DNA of 64,000 bases from Eledone cirrhosa. Taxonomy: Eukaryota. Shown piece by piece: positions 44,601-61,313 of this stretch. The position numbers and the translations under genes were made by a program. The stretch covers positions 104,532,001 to 104,596,000 of the forward strand of contig OZ024743.1 of NCBI GenBank assembly GCA_964016885.1, read 5' to 3'. The first letter of the stretch is position 1; each line of letters begins with the position of its first letter. The notes under the pieces are model-generated. The model searched no databases. It saw only the letters and a list, made by a program, of their open reading frames with translations, and had not been told where the DNA came from.

Positions 44601-46085
44601 GGTGATGGTGGTGGTGGTGGTGGTTGTGGTTGTTGTTGGTAGTGGTGATGATGATGGTGGTGGTGGTTGTGGTTGTGGTTGTTGTTGGTAGTGGTGGTGA
44701 TGGTGATGATGATGGTGGTGGTTGTGGTTGTGGTTGGTAGGGGTGATGATGATGGTGGTGGTGGTGGTTGTGGTTGTGGTTGTTGTTGGTAGTGGTGGTG
44801 ATGGTGGTGGTGGTGGTGGTTGTGGTTGTTGTTGGTAGTGGTGATGATGATGGTGGTGGTGGTGGTTGTGGTTGTGGTTGTTGTTGGTAGTGGTGGTGAT
44901 GGTGATGATGATGGTGGTGGTTGTGGTTGTGGTTGGTAGGGGTGATGATGATGGTGGTGGTGGTGGTTGTGGTTGTGGTTGTTGTTGGTAGTGGTGGTGA
45001 TGGTGGTGGTGGTGGTGGTTGTGGTTGTTGTTGGTAGTGGTGATGATGATGGTGGTGGTGGTGGTTGTGGTTGTGGTTGTTGTTGGTAGTGGTGGTGATG
45101 GTGATGATGATGGTGGTGGTGGTGGTTGTGGTTGTGGTTGTTGTTGGTAGTGGTGGTGATGGTGGTGGTGGTGGTGGTTGTGGTTGTTGTTGGTAGTGGT
45201 GATGATGATGGTGGTGGTGGTGGTTGTGGTTGTGGTTGTTGTTGGTAGTGGTGGTGATGGTGATGATGATGGTGGTGGTTGTGGTTGTGGTTGGTAGGGG
45301 TGATGATGATGGTGGTGGTGGTGGTTGTGGTTGTGGTTGTTGTTGGTAGTGGTGGTGATGGTGGTGGTGGTGGTGGTTGTGGTTGTTGTTGGTAGTGGTG
45401 ATGATGATGGTGGTGGTTGTGGTTGTGGTTGTTGTTGGTAGTGGTGATGATGGTGATGATGATGGTGGTGGTTGTGGTTGTGGTTGGTAGGGGTGATGAT
45501 GGTGGTGGTGGAGGTTGTGGTTATGGTTGGTAGTGGTGATGATGGTGGTGGTGGTTGTGGTTGGTTATGGTGGTGTGGTTGTGGTTGTTGGTAGTGGTGA
45601 TGATGGTGGTGGTGGTCGTGGTTGGTTATGGTGGTGGTTGTGGTTGTTGGTAGTGGTGATGATGGTGGTGGTGGTCGTGGTTATTGTTGGTGGTGGTGAT
45701 GATGGTGGTGGTGGTTGTGGTTGGTTATGGTGGTGGTTGTGGTTGTTGGTAGTGGTGATGATGGTGGTGGTGGTGGTGGTGGTTGGTGGTGGTAGCGGTT
45801 GTCTGGTTATGGTGATGGTGGTTGTGGCAGTAGTGGTTGTAGTGGTAGTGATTATTGTGGTGGTGGTTATGGCGGTGGTAGTTGTAGCGTTGATTTTAAT
45901 ACTGACAATATCATATGTACTTTTTATGGTGTTGGTGGCGGCGGTGATAGCGGCGGTTATAGTTGATGGTGTTGTTGTTGTTGATGGCTATGTTAGTCAT
46001 GGTTGTGGTGGTGTGGTGGTTGTGGTTAATGTTGATAAAGAGGATGTGGATGGAAATATTAGTGTTGATGACGATGCCAGTAACT

Positions 46086-46143
<58 letters not shown>
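41653..46143. repeat. 4.5-kb G/T-rich minisatellite, about 40-bp variable unit
   Basis: Unit approximately GGTGGTGGTGGTTGTGGTTGTTGTTGGTAGTGGTGATGAT, degenerating at both ends. Confidence 0.95.
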
Positions 46144-46317
46144 AAATTGAATACGATAGCAATAATAATTGTTTCTGCTTTTGGCACAAGGCCAGCAATT
46201 ATCCCAATGCATTACTGGTACTTTATTTTATCGACCCCGTAAGGATGAAAGGCAAAGTTAACCTCGGCGGGATTTGAACTCAGATCGTAAAGGGCGAAAT
46301 CTGTAATAATGATTATG

Positions 46318-46367
<50 letters not shown>

Positions 46368-46649
46368 ATATATAATTGGAAATCAGTAAAATCGAATCTC
46401 TGGCCGTTTGCAAGTAAATTCGGCCTACTTACATGAAATGATATATATATATATAGATTTTGAGTATATGTTGGTTGTATACCAACACCTCAGTATGCAG
46501 GCTGGAGCACTCGACGAAGTGCGCAGGTTGGTTTATGATTCCAGTTCCTCAGTGAAATAACAACCCAACCAGGAACTGGGCATATCAGAGTATTGACAAA
46601 ATTATACACCTCAACAACATATGTACTTGTCTATACCACACTAATTCGG

Positions 46650-46704
46650 ACTGCCTGAAGAGGTCACAGCCAAAGATGGCTGTCACCGAAATATATATAG
46701 CAGT
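46650..46704 (+). ncRNA. Type-I hammerhead with (TA)n stem III (relative of 16673-16728)
   Basis: ACTGC-CTGAAGA-GGTCACAGCCA-AAGA-TGGCTGTCACC-GAAA-TATATATA-GCAGT-AATAAA. Confidence 0.85.
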
Positions 46705-46750
46705 AATAAACGAAGCTAAATTTTAAACATTTGACTTATTTATTTTACTT

Positions 46751-46817
<67 letters not shown>

Positions 46818-46821
<4 letters not shown>

Positions 46822-47269
46822 AGTGGGAAATGAAATTTCGTTTCATTTTTTCCGTTTATCGCTTTCGGTACACCCGGCCGATTAACCCACTCGATATGCA
46901 AATTTGGCTACTCAGCCGTTAATATGCATAAGGTAAGTAAATACGTTCAACAATCTGGCAGGAAGGTATACGTTGCTGACGATAGCTAATAAGCTTGAAA
47001 CTAGTACAGCGTTCCTGTGTTAGTGTTGAACAAACGAGCAACGATGGTTGCTAGACACTACGGCTTAATATGGGATGTTTGTTTACAAACACACCGAGCA
47101 TTATAATAAATGTTCGGTGAATCCATACGTACATATATGTGTGCATGTATGTATATATATATACATACTACTGTACGTCTGTATACATATATGTATGTAC
47201 GTATATATACTTATATTTAAGTAACAGCCGTACTAAGCGTGGGAAATGAAATTTCGTTTCATTTTTTCC

Positions 47270-47275
<6 letters not shown>
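46818..47275 (+). mobile_element. Retrozyme-like family E, 1.1-mer (period 416) in (TA)n
   Basis: About 40-bp terminal direct repeat; HHR 46970-47012; ATGCAAAT near 46896. Confidence 0.85.
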
Positions 47276-47318
<43 letters not shown>

Positions 47319-47623
47319 ATGTTGAAAAGGTAACACACCAGAGAGAGATATACAGTGCGTTATCAATATGTGTTATATAGTTATAGAGGTATTTATTTAC
47401 GTTTTAATTTATATTTTTAATTATCGTGTCTATAGTCTGCCTTTCATAGGTTATAGATTCCATACACTGGTGGTTTTTTCCCCTGTTTTATTGATAACGC
47501 ACTGTATCTCTCCCTAGTGTGTTACCTTTTCAACATATTGTATTTTAAAGAGCTCAGGATTTCTTCTCCTTTGAGCACATTATTTACAGGGAATAGCGAG
47601 GACCTATGCCTCCGTTAATTTAT

Positions 47624-47687
<64 letters not shown>

Positions 47688-48189
47688 TACTTATAATTAT
47701 ATCATATTATTACCCCATGTATATTGGGTAGATGTATTTGTATTATCATTATTATTATTCTCATTCCTATCATGCTCATTTTCATATTCAAACTCTTGAT
47801 AAGGTTATATTTGTGCGGTTGAAGATAGATGTGTGTATTGTTGTAGGTGTATGTGTGTGTGTGTGTGCACACATATATACATATGCATAATGTACCTTTT
47901 GATTTTCCATTGTAACTTTAATGTTGGTAAAGGTATAATTATATTATATTACATTATATTATATATGATTCCTGATCTATATAACCACTTTTGTCTAGCT
48001 CTAGGTTTTTTTTGCTTTGGACTATATTTGTAATATGGTTCTTAATGTCACATACATCCTTAGTAATTTTCATTATATATTTTTATTATTTTTATTATAT
48101 ATTTTTGCAATACTTTAGTATATGTACACTCCATATTCTTCGGAGCTTCTGGCTTGTATCTGCCGTTATTACTTCTTGTTGTTTGAATT

Positions 48190-48227
48190 GCCCTGATGAG
48201 TCCTTAATAGGACGAAACATTGTCGGC
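48190..48227 (+). ncRNA. Canonical minimal type-I hammerhead
   Basis: GCC-CTGATGA-GTCCT-TAAT-AGGAC-GAAAC-ATT-GTC-GGC then AATAAA, at the 3' end of an AT-rich pLTR-like segment ending in (TA)n. Confidence 0.85.
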
Positions 48228-48288
48228 TAATAAAGACTTTTGATGTATTGAAGGCTTCTTTGTTTTACTCTCTTAATATATATATATA

Positions 48289-48744
48289 TGTATACGTACA
48301 TACATATATGTATACAGACGTACAGTAGTATGTATATATATACATACATGCACACATATATATATATATATATGTACGTATGGATTCACTGAACATTTAT
48401 TATAATGCTCGGTGTGTTTGTAAACAAACATCCCGAATTAAGCCGTACAGTGTCTAGCAACCATCGTTGCTCATTTGTTCAACACTGACAAAGGAACGCT
48501 GTACTAGTTTCAAGCTTATTAGCTATCGTCAGCAACGCATACCTTCCTGCCAGATGATTGAACGTCTGAAAGTATATACTTTCCTTATGCATATTAACGG
48601 CTGAGCAGCCTAATTTGCATATCGAGTGAGTTAATCGGCCGGGGTACCGAAAACGATAAACGGAAAAAATGAAACGAAATTTCATTTCCCACTCTTAGTA
48701 CGGCTGTTACTTAAATATATGTATATATACGTACATACATACAC
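48289..48744 (-). mobile_element. Retrozyme-like family E, about 1.05-mer (period 435)
   Basis: Different start point from the other copies; HHR 48496-48538 (-). Confidence 0.85.
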
Positions 48745-49036
48745 TTCTAGTTTTTAATTCTTATTAGTTCTTTTTAATTGTAATACTCAACATTTGATAA
48801 AATGAATTTTACTAATATATCGAACCGGTTATACTTTTTATACTTTATATACATTATAAAACTCTTTTTTAAAAGAATTGTCCCTCTCATTTTTACAATG
48901 TTATTTTGACGAACCAAAAAAGGGAAAAAAGAGAAAAACAGACCCTTAAATATATTTTCCGTGCTATTTCCAATTTCACCTTTCTCTATAACCACAGTTT
49001 TGTATAGAACCTTACTCTCCTTTTCATATACTTTTC

Positions 49037-49090
<54 letters not shown>

Positions 49091-49190
49091 CGAGAGAGAG
49101 AGAGATGCATGTATATATATATAGGGGTTCCTGATGATTTCCTTCGAATGAAACAGTTCTAGTCCTGTAGAAGCCATTTCTGTATTAAAC

Positions 49191-49270
<80 letters not shown>

Positions 49271-49354
49271 AAAGGTAAACAGAAATAACAACACAATCGG
49301 TACAGTATATGGAAGGAATATATTAGGTTAACGCTTGAAATAGTAGGAAGAGGG

Positions 49355-49390
49355 TCTTAACGTTTCGGATGCTAGTCCTTCATCAGAAGA
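49355..49390 (-). ncRNA. Minimal hammerhead
   Basis: TCTT-CTGATGA-A-GGA-CTAGCA-TCC-GAAACGTT-AAGA. Confidence 0.65.
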
Positions 49391-49782
49391 AAGAATGAGA
49401 AATAGGATAGATTGAAGGGACGGGCGGGGTGGGATTAGAAAAAATGTCTTTAGATAAAAATAACAAGCATTTCTGGAGGGGGGGAGGGGTGTTCAAATTT
49501 GGACAATTTAGTTGTCGTGATTAGTTTACCACCTTGCTCTTTAAAATTGTCAGAAAACTTCGATATGTGATAAACATAACATGCATATAAATTGTAGCGC
49601 GTATCCAAATAGATGTGTATTTGGGTAGTTTGTGGAAAAAATATAATTATTGGAGTGGGGCAATCCCCAACTCACAGTTCCACTGCCATTGTATATATAA
49701 TTTAAAAAAAAAATGCACTGTGCCTTTTCCTAAGGGGTAAATATATCGAGCTTCTTCGCATTTGGTAAGAAACTGGTATTAT

Positions 49783-50202
<420 letters not shown>

Positions 50203-50390
50203 CGGTGGATTGGCAGTATAGGTAGAGAGTCGGACGCCATGCTTTTAAGCATAGAGTTACGGCCCTTGCTATTCTGAGTTCAAATCCCGCCGAGGTTAAC
50301 TTTGCCTTTCATCCTTACGGGGTCGATAAAATAAAGTAACAGTAATATACTAGGATAATTGCTGGCCTTGTGCCAAAAATAGAAACAATT
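50203..50390 (+). mobile_element. Full-length tRNA-derived SINE
   Basis: A-box-like, B-box, core and tail present. Other copies at 46168-46295 (-), 52081-52290, 55452-55640 (-) and 61434-61620. Confidence 0.9.
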
Positions 50391-51562
50391 ATATATATGT
50401 ATATATATACATTCATTTATTATGGCTATATGGTGAGCTTTGTTACTCTAAAGTTTCACCTGCGCACTCACAGGATCACCAGTCTTGTCTGGTAAGTACG
50501 CAGGCGAGACTCCAGAGTAACAATGCTTAGCCATAATAAATGAATATTTAAAATTTACTTCGGAATTGAATTTTCAATAATTGACGTACTTTCATGTCTT
50601 GAATAATCGTCCCCACTCCCCACTTATTAATTTGTCAGATTTCCCCACACCCCGGTTTTTATTCCACCAACACCCCCTAGATTCTTATTAAATTTTGTTA
50701 ATCTATCTCCAGCGAAATGTTATTGTAAATGATTCATATTGATATAGCAGCTGGAGAATCTAATGATAATTTTATTTTACGTTAAAAACACATTATAAAT
50801 GACAAAAGAAGAACACTACAAGAAATCCCTTATTTACGAACGTCCACTATACAATTAATGATTTCCCAAGCCTCCTCCCCATTATTGCCACCCTTCCTAT
50901 TATTTGGGAGCCGAGAGTGCCAGTAGCCTCTTCTCTCTATGTCTATCACACAAAACTCTCTTTTAATCCCCCTCTCTGTATCTACTAAACCCAAACTCTA
51001 CCCCTCTCTAAATGTACCACAACACCACCTCTCTTATCACACGTTCTATATCTAAGACTAAAACACTCTCTCACTCTCTATAAATATCTACACTTATCTC
51101 TCTCAATCCTCTTCTGTATATCAATCACCCCTAAATTCTTCCCCTCTATATATCTACTACACAGAACTCCCTGCCATTCCCCTCTATATATAAATTAACA
51201 CTAAACTCCCCCCTACGCGGAACTCTCTTCCAATACCCCAATCTCTTCCCCTCTCTATATCTGATACGCAGAACTCTCTTCCAGCCCCCTCTCTATATCA
51301 ATTAACACCAAACTCTCCTCCTCTGTATATCTACTACACGGAACTCTCTTCCAGCCCCCTCTCTATATTAATTTAACCAAACTCTCCCCCTCTCTCTATC
51401 TATATCTATCTCTCCCATCTCCCTACATAACATGTACATAAATTGTAGCGCATATACAAATAGATGTGTGTTTTGATAGTTTGGAGAGAAAAATATAATC
51501 ATTGGGTGGGAAGGGGGGGATTGGCCTCCTGCTCCCCCCCCACACACTTCCACCGCCCCTGT

Positions 51563-51594
<32 letters not shown>

Positions 51595-53347
51595 ATGATA
51601 TTAAATAAATGGAAACTATATTTATAAAACCATATTTATTCTATTATATATATTTCAGGGGTAACAAAAACTTTGGTACGCTTGCAATGGCAAGGATGGT
51701 AGTTGTGGTGGTGGTGGTGGTGATGTTTATAATGATGGTGGTTGTTGTTGTTGTTGTGGCGTAGACTACGGTGACGATAAATGATAATTATTGTTATGTT
51801 TATGATGCTACTGATGCTGTTGACAGAGATTGTTATTGTTTAGACTTCTAGACCGAATAGTTAAGACGTTCACTTCCCATTCATTAGGTTCCGGGTTCGA
51901 TTCTATTGCGTAGCTTCATAGGCAAGTACCATTTGCCATAGCTTCGCTGGACTATCCATGCCTTGCGACTGAGTGAATTTGGGTTGTAATTCAAAGAACC
52001 AGCCTTGTCAAACACTCTGTCATGCTGAATCTCCTTGAGAATTACATTAAGGGTATACGTGTCTATGGAATGCTTAGTCAGGTGTATTGGCAGTATTGGT
52101 AGAGGGTCGGACGCCATGCTTTGCAGCATAGAGTTACGGCCCTTTATGATCTGAGTTTAAATCCCGCCGAGGTTAACTTTGCCTTTCATCCTTACGGGGT
52201 CGATAAAATAAAGTACCAATCACACACTGGAGTCGATTTAATCGACTTTCTCCTCCCCCAAAATTGCCGGCCTTGTGCCTATATAAGATAATTTCATGTG
52301 TGGGCGGTTTCGTTGATCGAACAATTGGGACACTGACGTCGAAGCCGACGTCAGTCCTTTGCTAAGCTTCGATCTAACAGCGATATAATTAATAATCACA
52401 GGAAATTATTATATATTTAATTTAATAATACAAATTTGTATAAAACTGGGGACCTTTAAAGTTCAGTAATACACCTCATTGGGCTGTCTCTCCTAGTTGA
52501 CCTCAATGGTAGCGCTGGCCCTGTACCTAACATTTGGGTGCCTTTATTAGAGCCAGTTGTGTGGCAAGCATTCGGACTTGTACTCCGATTTGAGGGCATT
52601 TTTTTCTAGCCCTCCGGCTTTCCTCGTTCGCATAGGTTGTACGGATTGTCATGAACCAAGACCAGACGGGTTGCAATGATTTCATCTTGCTCTTTACATT
52701 CCATACTTCGCATAGTTTCTACGACTGGATGTCCTTTCCTTATGCTAACCACATTACTGAGTTGACTGAGAGCGTTTTATCCTGGCACCAGCACTACCAG
52801 TTTACAGAATGGAATAGGTGCATTTTATCATGTCTCCAGCATAGTGGATGGAGAGCGTTTTATCGTGGCATCAGCACTACCACTTTACAGAGTGTACTGG
52901 GTACATTTTTTCGTAGCATTAGCGCTTCCTACAACTCTACAGAATGGATTGAGAGCGCTGTATCCTGGTACCATCACTTGACTGAGTGGATTGGGTGTAT
53001 TTTATCGTGGCACCAGCAATACCACTTAAACCACCCCTCTCGCCAAAGCAGTGGCTACTTTTCCACATTTGTGGCAATTACTTCATTAACAGGTTAGGAG
53101 TCCTTTACATCACCAGACCCATAAGCGCCCCTAGCACGTGACCCGCCCATGATATGTTACGTAAGATGTTATCGATTTCTGTATACATTAGCAAATGTTT
53201 ATCGCATCCCCCCCCCCCCCCACACACATACACACACATACACAAATATATATACATACATATATATTTATATATAATGTTTATATTCTAGTTTGCTTGC
53301 TCTGCAATTCAGGTGTTTATTTTTGTTTGTATATATTACACACTTAT

Positions 53348-53392
<45 letters not shown>

Positions 53393-53394
53393 TA

Positions 53395-53458
<64 letters not shown>

Positions 53459-53735
53459 TGCATATATATATATAGATGCACTTCTTTAGACATGTTTATA
53501 TAATCACAGAAAAATCAAGTCTGATATACACTAACAAAATAGGGTTAGTGAGATATTGTAGAAAGATAAGCATTATATAGTTAAATAGACTTCTAGAGGC
53601 ACTGATTGTAAAATAAACAAGGAGGCCAGCCTCTCACACACTTACGAATAGACGAAAAATATTTTATTAAAAAATCGTTATTGGTTCGAATCTCATCGAA
53701 GGTGCTGTGCTGTGTTTCAATCATGCTTCTACTTA

Positions 53736-54510
53736 TTATTATTGATTCATACACCATGCTTTGCAGCATAGAGTTATGTCCCTTGACGTTCTGAGTTCAA
53801 ATCCCACCGAGGTTAACTTTGCCTTTCATCCTTACGGGGTCGATAAAATAAAGTACCAATAATGCACTGGGTAATTGCTGGCCTTGTGCCTAAAGTAGAA
53901 ATAATTATTGATTCATACACCATGCTTTGCAGCATAGAGTTATGGCCCTTGACGTTCTGAGTTCAAATCGCACCGAGTTTAACTTTGCCTTTCATCCTTA
54001 CGGGGGTCGATAAAATAAAGTAGCAGTAATGTACTGGGGTAATTGCTGGCCTTGTGCCAAAAAGTAGAAACAATGGTTATTAGTTCATATAAAGGCGGTG
54101 GATTGGCTGTATCGGTAGAGCGTCAGATAACATGTTTTGATGCATAGAGTTACGTCCGTTTACCTTCAGAGTTCAAATTTCGCCGATGTTAGCTTTGCCT
54201 TTCATCCTTTCGGAGTCGATAAAATAAAGTACCATTAATGCACTGGAGTCGATTTAATCGATTTCCCCATCCTCAAAACTGATGGCCTTGAGCTTAAATC
54301 AGAAACCATTATTACTGCAGGGGATTGGCAGTATCCGTAGAGGGTCGGACGTCATGCTTTGCAGCACAGTTACGTCCCTTTACGGACTGAGTTCAAATCC
54401 CACCGAGGTTAACTTTGCCTTTCATTCTTACGGGGTCGATAAAATAAAGTACCAGTAATACAGTGGTTTAATTGCCGGCCTTGTGCCAAAAGTAGAAACA
54501 ATTATTACTG
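53736..54510 (+). mobile_element. Head-to-tail chain of four tRNA-derived SINEs
   Basis: The first two form a 166-bp tandem duplication including the flank GATTCATACACC. Confidence 0.85.
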
Positions 54511-54730
54511 GTTCATATTCCACCCTTTCTTAATAAGTTGGTGTCACCATTTTCTAGAGAATAAACCTCACTTATATTAAATTGAATTAACCGCAAAATG
54601 AAATATGTTAGTGCGATTTAGTATCATTTGCATGTCAAAAATATAGTTTTCCCTTTTTATTCATTTATATTGTTAGATACATTACAAAACACATACACAC
54701 ACACATACACACACAAACACACACACACAC

Positions 54731-54790
<60 letters not shown>

Positions 54791-54974
54791 ACACACATAC
54801 ACACACAAATACTTATACTCTCAGAAAACCACCAGGGGCAATATTTCTGCTAGTAGATACACCATTTAAATAACAATTAAGTTTATATTTTGATACGTGA
54901 AAGACAAAAGCACTAGATTCAAATGATTAAGAATGTTTTATATATTTTGTTCCCAGTGATAAACAGTTTCGAGG

Positions 54975-56500
54975 CTGTATTAGCATTTATCGATTTCCGA
55001 AGAGCCTTTGACTCAATCAATTGCAAGAAAATGTTTGAAATTCTTACACCTGGTGTAATCGACGCGATCCGAGCCATTTACGAGAATACCATTGTAGTAG
55101 TAATCACACCGGATCGTGAAACTGGTGCATTTAACAACAACACAGGCGTTCTTCAGGGTAATCCTCTCACCTCATACTTATTCATCGTCTGTCTAGATGA
55201 GGAACGCGCAACAGGCGGCCCGCGGGCCACAATCTGGCCTGCCAGATCTGTCAGAGTGGCCTGCGATGACGGTTTTTAATTTTTACCTCGTAGGCTTATT
55301 TAGAATTTTTTTCGTAACCGTAATACAATTTTCTGTTAGTTGACCTATACTAAACGGCTTCACTGATAGGGTTATCTGTGTTATAATTTCCCAGTTCCAT
55401 GTTATGGAAAGAAGTTATGGTGAATCTTTGGAATAGTGCTTAATAAGTATTAATTGTTTCTACTTTTGGCACCAGGCCAGCAATTAATCCAGTGCATTAC
55501 TGGTACTTTATTTTATCGACCCCGTAAGGATGAAAGGCAAAGTTAACCTCGGCGGAATTTGAACTCAGATCATAAAGGGAGGTAACTCTATGCTTCAAAG
55601 CATGGCGCCCGACCCTCTACCGATACTGCCAATTCACCGCCCTTAATAAATATTAATGGCCCTAATAGTTATTCCAATGTTCAAAAGTGGCCCGCCAATG
55701 GAATATGTTGTCTAGATTATGCATTACGCACTTCGATCATTGGAACCGATGACCTGTCACTGAGACGATGTCGTAGTCACCCTCATCCTATCGAAGTCAT
55801 AGCTGATCTTGAATACGATGACGACATTGTGTTTCTCGAAAATACGATTGAAGCCGCATCAGAGTTGAGAAGGTATGCCAAGGGAATTGGTCTGTTTTTG
55901 AATATAGCAAAGACGAAGTACATGCACTTGAATTCATCTATCAATGAGCACCTATAACTTTCAGATGGCTCAGATATCGAACTCATGCGTGATCTCAAAT
56001 AACTGGGTGGGTACACTGACTCAGGCCGTGCCATGGAAGTCAGGATTGCTTAGTCGTGGTGTGCGCTTCACTCTTTGCAGAGGGTGTGGTAAGCGACCAT
56101 CCACAAGTACACAAACACAAGGCCTGTATAGAAACGACCCTTCTGTACAGTTTGGAGCCGTGGACGCTGAATGCTGTTCACTGCAAGATACACGATGGTA
56201 CATACACCATAATGTATACGTTCGACATAAATCTCCCGGTGGCATCATCTAAAAAACAAGGCTCTCTCGCACCTCTCAGGTTGTTAGGCGCCATCATTTG
56301 GCCCTTGCCGATCATGTCACTCGCAATGTTGAACCCACTGGAAGATTGCTCCGCAGGACACTGAATGCAACGAGACGAGTTGGTCGGCCAAATATCACTT
56401 TGGAATCAACCATCGAGATGGATACAGGCTTCTAGAAACTGATCTGCGTGCTGCAATGGTCGACCGAAGACTCTAGAGCTTGAACTTTGTCAAAGGCCTC
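54975..56500 (+). mobile_element. Decayed RTE-clade LINE interrupted by a hAT-like element (55198-55708) that itself contains a SINE
   Basis: FIDFRRAFDSI, GVLQGNPL..YLFIVCLD | YALR...DLEYDDDI; TGTCTAGA(T) duplicated at 55190 and 55709; GGCCCGCGGGCCACA subterminal motif. Confidence 0.85.
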
Positions 56501-56628
56501 ATTACCACCTCAAGGCATCGGATGACCCAAGAAAAAGACAGTGTTTTATTACTTCTTCTGACAATCATCCTTTTATGTGTCATTCTCTCCCCTCTCTCTC
56601 TCTCTATATATATGTATGTGTGTGTGAC

Positions 56629-56728
<100 letters not shown>

Positions 56729-56740
56729 TATACATACATA

Positions 56741-56829
<89 letters not shown>

Positions 56830-56877
56830 GTATTGAAGTTTCCGTTGAAAATTGAAAAAGTCATAGGAATGAAGAGT

Positions 56878-56965
<88 letters not shown>

Positions 56966-56971
<6 letters not shown>

Positions 56972-57030
56972 CTGATGAAAGCGCACCATAATCTGCCTTG
57001 GTGACCCTTGAAATATGTATAATGAAATAA
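56966..57030 (+). ncRNA. Hammerhead motif, partly truncated by (TA)n
   Basis: TAT-CTGATGA-AAG..CACCA..TGGTG..CTT-GAAA-TATGTATA-ATG. Confidence 0.6.
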
Positions 57031-57156
57031 ATATGGTTTTATAAATATAGTTTCCATTTGTTAATATATTGTATATTTACTCCAATAATTTGTTGAGTGC
57101 TTTATATCAGTTATAAAAATATTTTGCTTGTTGTATCCCAACAAATTAAATATAAC

Positions 57157-57275
<119 letters not shown>

Positions 57276-57491
57276 AAGCCTCATTCGTATAGCCTGGTCT
57301 ATTCGATTTTTTATATAGTTAATTATGCTAATTGGGAGAGGAAATAGTATATATTTTATCTTGTGATTCTATAGACATGTTTTATGATATATAGCTCTGA
57401 TTGTTTAATTTATTAATTTTTCATTGAGCCACAAAGTGACCGGTTGCAAAACACGTATATGTATGTGTATGTATATATATATATATGTTAA

Positions 57492-57562
<71 letters not shown>

Positions 57563-57770
57563 GACGTAAAATAAGAAAATTTTAAAAATTTAAAATTAAC
57601 TTACTTACTAAAATTTTAGTAAGTAAGTTAATTTTTAATTTTTAAAATTTTCTTATTTTACGTTTTACATATAATTGTTCTGCATCCCCCTGCATAGAAC
57701 CACAAAGGTACTAAGACATAACATATATATTTGCTAGCATGTGTATACATATGTTGGTAGATATACTAAT

Positions 57771-57810
<40 letters not shown>

Positions 57811-58268
57811 CCCGCGTGTGTTTTATATTTTACTCTTAATAATTCGGCCGGAGAATTATATTCCCATTTGCCCTTTATAGCATAACTTTCTGCATTTACT
57901 GCGGTTATGAGAAGCGGTTCTTATTCGGGTACAACTTCTGATTTAGCCTAAGAAAATATCTATAAGCGTGTGTAATTTATACAAGCATATATTTATTTTT
58001 TTATTTTCAATTGAGTTCTTAAACACGTTGGATTGATAATGTTTTCAAAAAAACTAATTAACCCGCGTGTATATTATTATTTTTTTTCCTCATTTCGTGG
58101 ATCGTGGGTTGTCTCCCCTTCCCGCTTCGTGTCGCTATGATACTTCCTCAGTCAAAAACTGCTGGAATTTCAAATTTGGCGGTCATTCGAGGTGAGATAG
58201 AGCAACTTTACGGACATGATTTTTGACAGCGGTAAGAAATTGTTTTCTTATATCAATATTTAATGGGC

Positions 58269-58394
58269 TTCCACTGATGATTTATAAGTGCCCACCTAAA
58301 TATATTCTTACATGAATATATATTAGGCTTCTACATAAACTGGAAACATTCTCCCAAACTTGTAGAAGACTTATAATGAAACAATTGTTTGGAA
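58269..58394 (+). ncRNA. Type-I hammerhead with long stem II (family A)
   Basis: TTCCA-CTGATGA-TTTATAAG...CTTATAAT-GAAAC-AATT-GTT-TGGAA. Confidence 0.7.
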
Positions 58395-58731
58395 AGAGAG
58401 ATATAATTTAACTTTAATTATATCTCATAAAATAATACAACTGGTTTTTCCACATTATACATATTGCTAGCACCCCAAACACTTAAATTGGGTTTATATT
58501 TTAATATAACCTAATGTTTGTTGAGTGAGATGGTTACCAGTCAGAGTTTAGCTTTAAACTATCTCTGTTATTGTATTAAATATATATATATTATATATAT
58601 ATATATTTAGGTTTGTTGGTTCACCACTAGATAGAACTGGTCATTCCGAAATGATCATAGTATAATAAACCTTTCAAGGATTTACACCAGTCCAGCCTCC
58701 TGTTATTTTATATATATATATATATTTATAT

Positions 58732-58786
<55 letters not shown>

Positions 58787-58846
58787 AACATATATATATA
58801 TATATATATATATTTAAACATATATATATATATATATATATATTTA

Positions 58847-58915
<69 letters not shown>

Positions 58916-58942
58916 ATATATTTAAACATATATGTATATACG

Positions 58943-58974
<32 letters not shown>

Positions 58975-59189
58975 GTGTGTATATATAATAGTCCTTGGTG
59001 TACTCTCCCGGGGGAAGTCATGGGACAGACATTTAACCTATATCATGATTATATTATATGTAATATATCTATATGTAATAAGATCACGACAGGCAACTTC
59101 GTTTATCTTTGTTATGTCGCTTTTAAGTAAGTAACCTTTCTTCTTCCTTTCTCTCTCTCCCCCTCGCCCCTTCTTTCCGCTACCTCACC

Positions 59190-60052
<863 letters not shown>

Positions 60053-60544
60053 GATAATACTTAGGTTAATAGGAGTTAGGTATTATATATATACCCGTGT
60101 CCCGTTAAGGTATTGGCAGCATAATAATATATATATATAGATAGATAGATACATATGTGTGTGTGTGTACGTGTGTGTGTCTGTGTACGTGTGTCTGTAA
60201 GCCGTCTCACTCTCTTCTCACACAAACAAAATATATTATATTATGTAAGCCCCCTCCCTCCTCTCTCTACACACACAGAGAGAAGAAATATGAAAGATTA
60301 TGAATATTGATATTTTTTCATTTATGTCTATTGAGGAACTGATGTCGCTGTGGTGAAATAAGTTAGTTGATATTTCCGTTATGATTTACAGACTGGAATT
60401 CCCCTCCCTGCTTCCTTTTCCCCCTCCCTCTTCTTTCGCCCTATCACTATCATTTCTTTCACTCTCTTCCCCCACTCTCGCTTTCTCCCTATCTCTCCCT
60501 ACATATATATATATATATATATATATAAATGTTTGTCCCTTTTG

Positions 60545-60603
<59 letters not shown>

Positions 60604-60695
60604 GTAGATATATACTTATAAATATGTGTATATATATGTGTGTGTGTGTATGTGTGTATTTATATAATACTCACACACATATATATATTTATAAG

Positions 60696-60784
<89 letters not shown>

Positions 60785-61205
60785 TTATACCGGGAGATGT
60801 GTTGTTTCCTTGAGCAAGACACTTTATTTCACATTGCTCCAGTTTACTCAGCTGTAGAAATGAGATGATAGGGACTGGGGTCCATATCATTCCACTGCAA
60901 GGTCGTCGTAGAGGTGCCACGGCAAAAAAGCACCCAGCACTCACTGTAAATGATGTTGGGGTTAGGAAGGGCATCCAGCTGTAGAAATCAAGGCAGAATC
61001 AGTTCCCGTCCCACCCTTGGAAGCAGGGAAAAAGCGGACATAAAATGAAATGATGATTCAAAATGACATACAACCAAGGTTAACTTAAATCCATTCTTTA
61101 ATTTCTACGCTCGTTTCAATACCAAAAGCAATAGTGGAATACTCCACTATAAACAAATGTATTTATATATATGTGTATGTGTGTGAGTATACACAACACA
61201 AACAC

Positions 61206-61248
<43 letters not shown>

Positions 61249-61255
61249 TATAAAT

Positions 61256-61313
<58 letters not shown>

